A stretch of DNA of 64,000 bases, taken from an uncultured Verrucomicrobiota bacterium. GTDB taxonomy: Bacteria; Verrucomicrobiota; Kiritimatiellia; CAIKKV01; CAITUY01. A model generated the notes under the pieces. The model was not told the origin of the DNA. It did no database searches and saw only the letters and a program-made list of their open reading frames with translations. Positions within the stretch are counted from its first letter, which is position 1. Each line of letters opens with the position of its first letter. Below are positions 57,025-64,000 of the stretch, piece by piece. Both the position numbers and the translations under genes were made by a program. Where the stretch lies: positions 67,552 through 131,551 of the forward strand of contig CAZDUS010000002.1 of NCBI GenBank assembly GCA_964508705.1, read 5' to 3'.

Positions 57025-58092
57025 ATGACAACACCCCGAGAGAATCTATTGAGGGCTTTGAGGCGGCAGGGTTATGACCAGGTGCCCCTTGATTGTGGTA
57101 ATTTTTGCACCTCCCAAAAAGAGGCGTTCAAGGCGAGGTTTGGGCATGATGATATCTACGGGTATTTCAATGTGCCTTTCCGTAATGTCGGGATCTCAAT
57201 GGAAAAGACGTGGACTGACGTTAAGGCGCTCTATCCGCGGGAGGATGTTCCCGCGGATGCTGATATCGATGCTTTTGGGGTGGGGCACTCGCATCACGCC
57301 AATTGTCATCATATGACGCGTTTGCATCATCCGTTGCGCGGGGAGGATGTGACACTGGAAGAAATCCGGAACTATCCGTTGCCGCGTATTGCGGACGGGG
57401 CGGAGGAGAAAGTTTGTCGGAGTGTTGCTGAGATACAATCCATGGGGCTTGCCACCCGGATGGGCATGTCAATGACCTTGTGGGAAATTTCATGGTATAT
57501 CCGGTCGATGGAATATTTGATGACCGATATGATGACGGAAGACGAGAGGGCGACGGTACATTTGGACCGGTTGACGGCTTGTGCGGTTGAGCGCATCAGT
57601 CTTGCGGCGAGGGCTGGCTGCGACATTATCCAGCTTGGGGATGATATTGGGATGCAGAGTACTACCATGAAGAGCGTGGAATTATGGCGGACATGGCTCA
57701 AGCCGCGGCTGGCGCAGATTATCCGGGCGGGGCGCGCGATTAAACCTGATTTGTTGATTTTCTATCATTCCTGCGGGTATGTGCTGCCCTTTCTAGACGA
57801 CCTGATCGAGGTGGGTGTTGATATCCTTAATCCCGTGCAACCGGAATGCATGGCGTTTGACGATGTTCTCAAGATAGTGGAGGGGCGCATGTCCTTCTGG
57901 GGGACCGTAGGCACCCAGACCACATTGCCGTTTGGAACGCCTGAGGACGTTAAGAAGGTGGTATGGGAAAACCTACGCCGATGCGGGCCACAGGGTGGGT
58001 TGGTGATTGCGCCGACACACATGGTTGAACCCGAGGTGCCGTGGGAAAATCTGCTGGCGATGAAAGAAGCCTGCGAGACGTTTAGGAAATAG
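57025..58092 (+). CDS. Uroporphyrinogen decarboxylase (URO-D) family protein
   Basis: 355 aa. The N-terminal PRENLLRALRRQGYDQVP and the overall pattern are those of the URO-D/MtaA-like family. Confidence 0.65.
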   Translation: MTTPRENLLRALRRQGYDQVPLDCGNFCTSQKEAFKARFGHDDIYGYFNVPFRNVGISMEKTWTDVKALYPREDVPADADIDAFGVGHSHHANCHHMTRLHHPLRGEDVTLEEIRNYPLPRIADGAEEKVCRSVAEIQSMGLATRMGMSMTLWEISWYIRSMEYLMTDMMTEDERATVHLDRLTACAVERISLAARAGCDIIQLGDDIGMQSTTMKSVELWRTWLKPRLAQIIRAGRAIKPDLLIFYHSCGYVLPFLDDLIEVGVDILNPVQPECMAFDDVLKIVEGRMSFWGTVGTQTTLPFGTPEDVKKVVWENLRRCGPQGGLVIAPTHMVEPEVPWENLLAMKEACETFRK

Positions 58093-58232
58093 CGCCGCTG
58101 GGGACGGCGGCTACTACCTGATGCGAAGGGGATCGGCTCGGTAGGGACACCTCGCCCTACCTGGGTGTAAGTCGGGCGGGGGATCGCCGCAGGGACTGCG
58201 CCTCCTACATTGAATTGGGAGGGGGGAGTTGG

Positions 58233-58262
58233 GATTAGGATTACGATTAAGATCAGGATTAT
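58233..58262. repeat. Tandem hexamers GATTAG GATTAC GATTAA GATCAG GATTAT
   Basis: Read directly. They are preceded by GGGAGGGGGGAGTTGGG and lie upstream of the ABC permease gene. Confidence 0.75.
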
Positions 58263-58325
58263 GAAAAAGCGGGGTGGATTACGGCTCGACATTTGGCGGC
58301 GGAAAACCCTACTCTTTCGACGCTT

Positions 58326-59105
58326 ATGTTCAGAATAATCCACGATATTGTCAGTCGGCGTGAACTACTGGGAATGCTGGCTGTCCGGAATCTCAAGATC
58401 CGCTACAAGGAGTCGGTGCTCGGGTTCCTTTGGACCTTGCTCGGGCCGGTGTTCATGATTGCGATCTATGCCGTTTTCCTGGGCATCATGAAAGTTGACA
58501 TTCCACTGCCGCTTCTGGTGACGGGTATCTTTGTCTGGCAGTATCTGGCCATGTGCCTCGGGGATTCCGCCAATGCCATTGTGGGAAACACCAATCTGGT
58601 GAAGAAGGCCGCGTTTCCCCGCGTGCTGTTACCGTTCTCCATGGTGCTGGCGAACTTTGTGAATTTCCTTTTGTCGATCGTGATTGTGGTGGTTTATCTC
58701 AAGATCATGGGCTTGCCGTTTGGCTCGCTGGCGTGGTTGCCGCTGGCGATGATAACGCAAATGGCCCTGTGTACCGGGGTTAGTTTGTTTTTGTCCTCGG
58801 TGAATGTCTATTTCCGCGATGTCCAGCATCTGATGGGTGTTGTGACGATGGCATGGTTCTTTCTGACGCCTGCGATTTATCCGCCGGATCTTGTGATCCA
58901 GAAGTTCAGTAACCCGTTAATTCACCAGTTGTTTTATCTCAATCCGATGACCGGCCTACTGGCGTTGTATCGAACAGCGTTGCTGGGTGAGGCGTTGCCA
59001 TCGGTGAAGCTCTGGGGCCCCTCGTTGTTGGTGTCGTGGCTGGTGTGCGTGGTGGGGATTGTGGTTTTCCAAAAGTTGCAGAAGCGATTTGCGGATGAGT
59101 TGTGA
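58326..59105 (+). CDS. ABC-2 type polysaccharide/O-antigen exporter permease (Wzm/TagG-like)
   Basis: RELLGMLAVRNLKIRYKESVLGFLW is the typical ABC-2 N-terminal motif. There are six hydrophobic segments. Confidence 0.85.
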   Translation: MFRIIHDIVSRRELLGMLAVRNLKIRYKESVLGFLWTLLGPVFMIAIYAVFLGIMKVDIPLPLLVTGIFVWQYLAMCLGDSANAIVGNTNLVKKAAFPRVLLPFSMVLANFVNFLLSIVIVVVYLKIMGLPFGSLAWLPLAMITQMALCTGVSLFLSSVNVYFRDVQHLMGVVTMAWFFLTPAIYPPDLVIQKFSNPLIHQLFYLNPMTGLLALYRTALLGEALPSVKLWGPSLLVSWLVCVVGIVVFQKLQKRFADEL

Positions 59106-59110
59106 GGAAT

Positions 59111-60307
59111 ATGATGACGGATACTGTGGCCATCAAGGTTGAAGGAGTAAGCAAGCGATTCCTGTTGCGGCATTCGGCGACACGGACGCTGAAGTCGGTG
59201 GCCATGGATTTATTGAAGAAAGGTGACCGGGGTTCCCGTCAACTGTGGGCACTGAAGAATCTGAACTTTGAAGTCAAAAAGGGGACCACGCTGGGGATCA
59301 TCGGGGCGAATGGGGCGGGGAAGAGCACGTTGCTGTCACTTTTGGCCGGGACAATGTATCCCTCGGAAGGGCAAATCAAGACCTCGGGCGTTATTTCCTC
59401 TTTGCTGGAACTGGGCGCTGGGTTTCATCCTGACTTCACGGGGCGTGAGAACGTTTATCTGGCGGGAGCGATCATGGGGTTGTCGCGGGAGCAGATGAGG
59501 AAGCGGTTTGACGCCATTGTCGATTTTGCGGATATCGGGCCGTTTATTGATCAGCCGGTGAAGCATTATTCGTCGGGCATGTATGTCCGGCTGGGCTTTG
59601 CGGTGGCAGTGGAAGTGGATCCGGATATCCTGCTGGTGGATGAAGTGCTGGCGGTGGGTGACGCGGTATTCCAGCGCAAGTGCTTGAAGCGCATGGAGCA
59701 ATTCCGTGAGATGGGCAAGACGATGCTCATCATTTCGCATGATTTGCATACGATCCAGTCAGTGAGCGACACCATCCTTTTTCTTGATCACGGCGAAATA
59801 AAGGGACATGGGGCCCCGGGCGCGGTGATCGGGCAGTATGAATCTTTTTCGCGCGGTCAAGTAGGGGGAGATCTGCGGCGGGAGTGGGGGACGCGGGAGG
59901 TCATCTTGACCGGCGCGGAGTTTTTTGATGATGCGGGCCATGAGTGTCAGTCGTTTGCCAGCGGCAAGGGATTGAATGTCCGGGTCCGATATGAAGCGAA
60001 GGAGCCGGTTGGGCCGTCGGTGTTTGGGTTCAGTGTATCGGATGAAGGTGGTCGGCTTGTGCATGGGAGCAATACGCAGATTGAAGGTGTGTGTATTGCC
60101 AGCCTGAGCGGCGCTGGTTCAGTGGTGTTGCGATTACCCAAGTTGGATTTGGCGGCGGGGACGTATTTGTTTTCATTTTCGGTTCACTCGGCGGATCACA
60201 GGTCGAACTATCACCGGTTGGATAATGCCTTTGCGATCGGGGTGGATTCCGAACGGCGGTTCGAGGGTGTGTGTTATTTGCCGTCGGAGTGGCGGGTGGA
60301 GAAGTGA
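59111..60307 (+). CDS. ABC exporter ATP-binding protein (Wzt/TagH-like) with a C-terminal substrate-binding-like domain
   Basis: GANGAGKST Walker A, YSSGM signature and LLVDEVLAVGD Walker B, with about 150 aa of extra beta-rich C-terminal domain. Confidence 0.85.
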   Translation: MMTDTVAIKVEGVSKRFLLRHSATRTLKSVAMDLLKKGDRGSRQLWALKNLNFEVKKGTTLGIIGANGAGKSTLLSLLAGTMYPSEGQIKTSGVISSLLELGAGFHPDFTGRENVYLAGAIMGLSREQMRKRFDAIVDFADIGPFIDQPVKHYSSGMYVRLGFAVAVEVDPDILLVDEVLAVGDAVFQRKCLKRMEQFREMGKTMLIISHDLHTIQSVSDTILFLDHGEIKGHGAPGAVIGQYESFSRGQVGGDLRREWGTREVILTGAEFFDDAGHECQSFASGKGLNVRVRYEAKEPVGPSVFGFSVSDEGGRLVHGSNTQIEGVCIASLSGAGSVVLRLPKLDLAAGTYLFSFSVHSADHRSNYHRLDNAFAIGVDSERRFEGVCYLPSEWRVEK

Positions 60308-60422
60308 CGTGTGAAGAGTGGGGGATCGGGAGGGGGCTGGGAGAAGATTGTAACTACGAAAAACGCGAAAGCCCGCGAAAAAACATTATTTTTCAACAGA
60401 GTTATTCAAAGTCAGTTTCTAT

Positions 60423-61277
60423 ATGAACGCTTTTGTTTTGGATGATGAAATTCGGGATTTGATTCGTCGGGCACTGGTGGAGGATGTTGGCGCCGGGGAT
60501 GTCACGACGCAGTCGGTGATTCCGGAAGGGCGTATGGGGAAGGCTGTGATTCTTTCGCGGGGTTCCTATGTCGCGGCAGGGTTGCCGGTGGGCGAGGAAG
60601 TGTTCCGTCAAGTGGATGCGACGCTCCAGTGTCGAATGAGGGTGAAAGAGGGGCAGGCGGTCAGGGCGGATGAGGTGTTGATGGAGGTTGAGGGGGCGGT
60701 CCGGAGCATTTTGACGGCAGAGCGTGTGATGCTGAATTTTGTGCAGAGGATGACGGGGATTGCCAGCCGGACGCGGGAGTTTGTGGACAAGGTGGCGCGG
60801 TATGGCGTCAAGATTCTCGATACGCGGAAGACGACTCCGACGCTGAGGCGGTTGGAGAAATATGCGGTGGTGTGCGGCGGCGGGACGAATCATCGCATGG
60901 GTTTATACGACATGGTATTGATCAAGGATAACCACCGTCGGTTCTGGGCTGAGGCGGGGATACGCGATTTGTGCGGGGCGGTGCAGGCGGCGCGGGCGAA
61001 GTTTCCGGGGGTCCCCGTTGAGGTTGAGGTGGAGTCGGAGGCGGAGTTGGTGGATGCGATACGCGGCAAGCCGGAGTGGATCATGCTGGATAATATGGAG
61101 CCGGCCATGATGAGGCGGTGTGTGGAATTATGCGCGAAGCGGTGCAAGTTGGAGGCCTCTGGTGGTGTCAAGCTGGCGACTGTTGAGGCGATAGCGGCCA
61201 CGGGCGTGGATGCGATTTCGATCGGGGGTTTGACGCACTCGGCGCCGGCGGCGGATTTGTCGCTGGAGTTGATGTAG
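60423..61277 (+). CDS. nadC: Nicotinate-nucleotide diphosphorylase (carboxylating)
   Basis: 284 aa with AERVMLNF, RKTTP and IMLDNM motifs. Confidence 0.9.
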   Translation: MNAFVLDDEIRDLIRRALVEDVGAGDVTTQSVIPEGRMGKAVILSRGSYVAAGLPVGEEVFRQVDATLQCRMRVKEGQAVRADEVLMEVEGAVRSILTAERVMLNFVQRMTGIASRTREFVDKVARYGVKILDTRKTTPTLRRLEKYAVVCGGGTNHRMGLYDMVLIKDNHRRFWAEAGIRDLCGAVQAARAKFPGVPVEVEVESEAELVDAIRGKPEWIMLDNMEPAMMRRCVELCAKRCKLEASGGVKLATVEAIAATGVDAISIGGLTHSAPAADLSLELM

Positions 61278-61344
61278 GGGGGGCGGGGGGGGAGTATTCA
61301 GGAGTCAGAATACGGGAAGGGGTTAGAGGGGGGGCAGGGTTCAG
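61278..61344. repeat. G7-C-G8 run followed by heptamers TATTCAG GAGTCAG and a second G-run plus GGTTCAG
   Basis: Read directly after the nadC stop. Heptamers lie at 61295-61308 and 61338-61344. Confidence 0.8.
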
Positions 61345-61464
61345 GAAGGATGGGAGGGGAAGGAAATCGGGACGGAGGGCGTCGGCATCCTGCAAAGCTG
61401 GACAAGAGCGACGCCCCTACGAAAAGAATATCAAAGCTGGGGATACTTGCCTTGGCCTAAAAGT

Positions 61465-62247
61465 ATGAATAAAGCTGAAAAAATCATTGTGGTGGATATT
61501 GGGAATACCAGCACTACCGTTGGAGTGGCGGTGGGGCGTCGCGTGTTGCGGACCGGGCGTTTGCCTTCGTCAGACGGGAGTGACGCGAAGCGTATTGAGG
61601 CGTTGCTCCGGAAGCTGGCCGCGCCGGGGAGTGTGAAGGATTCGGTTCTTTGCTCAGTAGTGCCGCGGTTGAATCCATGCTGGCGTCATGTATTGAATCG
61701 GTATACCGGGCGTGAGCCTCTGGTGGTTAGCCACAAGATACGCCTGGGTGTGAAGGTGGATTATCCTCATCCCGAGACGATCGGGGCGGACCGGTTGGCC
61801 AATGCGGTGGCGGCTTGGGAGCGGTATCATGGTCCGGTGATTGTGGCGGATTTCGGGACGGCGTTGACGTTTGACGTGATTACGGGGGATGGCCGGTATG
61901 CTGGCGGGGTGATTGCGCCCGGGTTGCCGCTGATGACGGATTACCTTTGTGAGAGGACGGCTTTGTTGCCCCATATCAGCTTGGGACGGGTCACCCGGGC
62001 AATTGGGAAGAGCACACGTGAGGCGATGCGGATTGGGGCGATGGTAGGATACAGGGGGATGGTTCGTGAGATATTCCACGAGGTGGTCAAGGATATGAAA
62101 GACCGCAAGGTGGTGTTTTGTGCCACGGGTGGATATGCGGGGCAGGCTGTGAAGGGATTAGATGTAAAGGTGGATGTGTTGCCGAACCTGACGCTGGAGG
62201 GTTTGATTGGGATAAGGGAGATGAGGGAGGGGAGAGGGAAGGGGTAA
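61465..62247 (+). CDS. coaX: Type III pantothenate kinase
   Basis: IIVVDIGNTSTTVG, GADRLAN and ADFGTALTFD motifs. Confidence 0.9.
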   Translation: MNKAEKIIVVDIGNTSTTVGVAVGRRVLRTGRLPSSDGSDAKRIEALLRKLAAPGSVKDSVLCSVVPRLNPCWRHVLNRYTGREPLVVSHKIRLGVKVDYPHPETIGADRLANAVAAWERYHGPVIVADFGTALTFDVITGDGRYAGGVIAPGLPLMTDYLCERTALLPHISLGRVTRAIGKSTREAMRIGAMVGYRGMVREIFHEVVKDMKDRKVVFCATGGYAGQAVKGLDVKVDVLPNLTLEGLIGIREMREGRGKG

Positions 62248-62349
62248 TGGGGAGGGGTAAAGAAGAGAGGGTTCAGGGTTCAGGAGGGGAATTGCGCCAC
62301 GAGTGATTGATGGTGGATGGGAGATGGAAGCGTGAGATTTGCGGGTGGC

Positions 62350-62793
62350 ATGAAGTGTCTGGTTCGTTTGGTATTGATGGTGAACCTCATCATGCTGTTT
62401 GCTGGTTGTGCTTCGATTCGTCCGCCGCGGGGGGAGCGGCCGATTGAGAGAACCGTATTGACGACGGGGTATTGTCCGTGCGGGTCATGTTGCGGGTGGC
62501 GGCGCAACTGGTTGGGACGTCCTGTGTATTCCTCTGGGAAAATGGCAGGGCAGCATAAGAAGGTCGGGTACACGGCCAGTGGTGTGCGGGCCAAGAAAGG
62601 AACGATTGCGGCGGATACCCGGCTCTATCCTTTTGGGACTGTTTTCTACATTGACGGTTATGGTTATGGCCGGGTGGAGGACCGGGGAGGCGCCATCAAA
62701 GGGGAACACCTGGATTTGTATTTCAGTTCTCACGAAGACGCGTTGGAGTGGGGGCGGCGTTATCGGCGCGCGAAGGTGTGGTTTGCCCGGTGA
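62350..62793 (+). CDS. 3D-domain (MltA/RlpA-like) lipoprotein
   Basis: MKCLVRLVLMVNLIMLFAGC lipobox signal. GTIAADTRLYPFGTVFYIDGYGYGRVEDRGGAIKGEHLDLYF is a typical 3D domain. Confidence 0.75.
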   Translation: MKCLVRLVLMVNLIMLFAGCASIRPPRGERPIERTVLTTGYCPCGSCCGWRRNWLGRPVYSSGKMAGQHKKVGYTASGVRAKKGTIAADTRLYPFGTVFYIDGYGYGRVEDRGGAIKGEHLDLYFSSHEDALEWGRRYRRAKVWFAR

Positions 62794-63475
62794 TGTTGTT
62801 GGTTTGGCGACGAGAGGGTGCGATTCCGTTGCCGGCTGGTATGAAGATGACCAGGGATGATGTTCTTGAGGTGTTTGCCTCCTGCCATTCCAGAAGCACA
62901 CGGGAAGCGCGCGGCAAGAGGTGCCCAGGCGTTGATTTCCAGACGTTGGTCCATCCTTTTTTATCCAGCACCCTGACTTCGAAGTTGGAAATCCCCTTGA
63001 GCACGGAGTTGGAGATAGGTGGTGCCAGGGCGTCGGGGCCCCATAGTGTGACTGACTCACGAATAAGAGAAGATGCGTCAGGGGTAGACGAATCCTTGTC
63101 TTCGTTCAGGCTGTAACGAAGGCGGGAGATGGTCATTTGAGGAAGCCCCTGGTCGCCGGGAGGGGACTTGGCCGTGTGGAAGGTGAGCGTGGAGCGGAAT
63201 CGTCCTTCGATGCCGACGGGTTCACTGGTCAGTTCAAATGTTGGAGAGTTCGAGAAATACGCCTGGACTGAGGAGGCGATATCATGGCGGAGGGTGTCCA
63301 ATGCCAGGGATGATTTTTGATGATGAAGGTTTTTTTGCCGGTTCAGGGAGTTTGAGAAGGTGAAATATACCGAGAGGGCAATGGTTAGAATAAGTGTGGA
63401 GATGGAGATCGCCACGAGTAATTCGATGAGGGTCATTCCGGCAGGGCTGGCCGCTTTATGAGTAGGGCGGGGCAT
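62723..63475 (-). CDS. Prepilin-type N-terminal cleavage/methylation domain protein (pseudopilin-like)
   Basis: MPRPTHKAASPAG|MTLIELLVAISISTLIL is a class III signal. The start at 63475 avoids overlap with the upstream FHA gene. Confidence 0.7.
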   Translation of the reverse strand: MPRPTHKAASPAGMTLIELLVAISISTLILTIALSVYFTFSNSLNRQKNLHHQKSSLALDTLRHDIASSVQAYFSNSPTFELTSEPVGIEGRFRSTLTFHTAKSPPGDQGLPQMTISRLRYSLNEDKDSSTPDASSLIRESVTLWGPDALAPPISNSVLKGISNFEVRVLDKKGWTNVWKSTPGHLLPRASRVLLEWQEANTSRTSSLVIFIPAGNGIAPSRRQTNNITGQTTPSRADNAAPTPTRLREN

Positions 63476-63489
63476 GCCAGTCCGGAGGC

Positions 63490-63975
63490 TTAAACATTCA
63501 TGATGAAATACACCAGAGCGCCCAGGGCTAGGAGAATCAACGCGATGGTGATGATGACCCATGGCTTGCGGCTGTCACGGCGTGATCCGAACGGGGAGGC
63601 TGTGTGGAAGGATGCCGGGATAGATGTGGGGCCGGAAGCGACTTCGATTTTCGATGTCTGGTGAAGAGGGTCATTCGGGATTTCAACATCCTGGCCGTCG
63701 AACATCAGTTCTATCCCGCCGATCTGGATGATGTCTTTTGGCCGGAGGGCCGCCTGCGCGACGGGGGCGCCATTCAGGCGTGTTCCGTTGGTTGAGCCTT
63801 GATCTACCAAGGTGTATTTCCGCTCTTCACGCATTATGCTGCAATGGCGACTGGAGATGGAGGTGTCCTCAATCTGATAATGATTTTGGCCGCTTCGTCC
63901 GATAAACGTCTCGTTATTGGTGATTTCGAACTTCTGGCCCTTAACGGTGCTGGACATGCCAATCAGAACTGCCAT
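63490..63975 (-). CDS. FHA-domain protein with a C-terminal transmembrane anchor
   Basis: FIGRSGQNHYQIEDTSISSRHCSI...LVDQGSTNGTRLNG FHA signature, plus the C-terminal WVIITIALILLALGALVYFI segment. Confidence 0.8.
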   Translation of the reverse strand: MAVLIGMSSTVKGQKFEITNNETFIGRSGQNHYQIEDTSISSRHCSIMREERKYTLVDQGSTNGTRLNGAPVAQAALRPKDIIQIGGIELMFDGQDVEIPNDPLHQTSKIEVASGPTSIPASFHTASPFGSRRDSRKPWVIITIALILLALGALVYFIMNV

Positions 63976-64000
63976 AAGAATTCCTTCCGTGTGTAGTTGA

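Overview
This 64-kb window is a chromosomal segment from a moderately GC-rich Gram-negative bacterium. The gene content (LL-diaminopimelate aminotransferase, an E-DUF2764-A-B-D-I-K V-type ATPase operon, prepilin-type proteins, glycoside hydrolases) suggests the PVC group (Verrucomicrobiota/Kiritimatiellota-like), but that is only an inference. Most of the window is housekeeping and looks intact: dnaB (5' end lies outside the window), bamA-skp-lpxD, galE, recA, purC, nrdR, serC, ilvB-ilvN-leuA-aroE, trpS, scpA-scpB, pheA-hisC-tyrA, dapL, the V-ATPase operon, ispD, hrpB, lctP, a Wzm/Wzt-type ABC exporter, nadC and coaX, plus two tRNAs (Arg-CCG, Met/CAT). The most interesting locus is at 29.6-31.8 kb on the minus strand. 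It holds a tightly coupled PqqD-like gene, a radical SAM/SPASM gene, a small Cys-containing peptide ORF and an HPr-kinase-like gene, which together look like a RiPP maturation cassette. Two things are unusual about it. The peptide is only contiguous if a -1 shift occurs at an A6 run. The kinase gene is cut off at a sharp junction where it abuts a GH2 glycosidase that is also truncated. Other observations: a candidate leader-peptide attenuator upstream of ilvB; several accessory-gene lesions (a DUF4380-like gene with an in-frame TAG, a GH20 gene with two frameshifts, a beta-helix adhesin pseudogene next to an IS3-type remnant); and three families of short dispersed intergenic elements (tandem TTCAG heptamers in purine-rich tracts after plus-strand genes, GC-rich imperfect palindromes sharing GGCAAGnGACGCCCCT, and a 19-nt exact repeat). 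All calls rest on reading the translated ORFs and the DNA by eye. No database search or computation was run.
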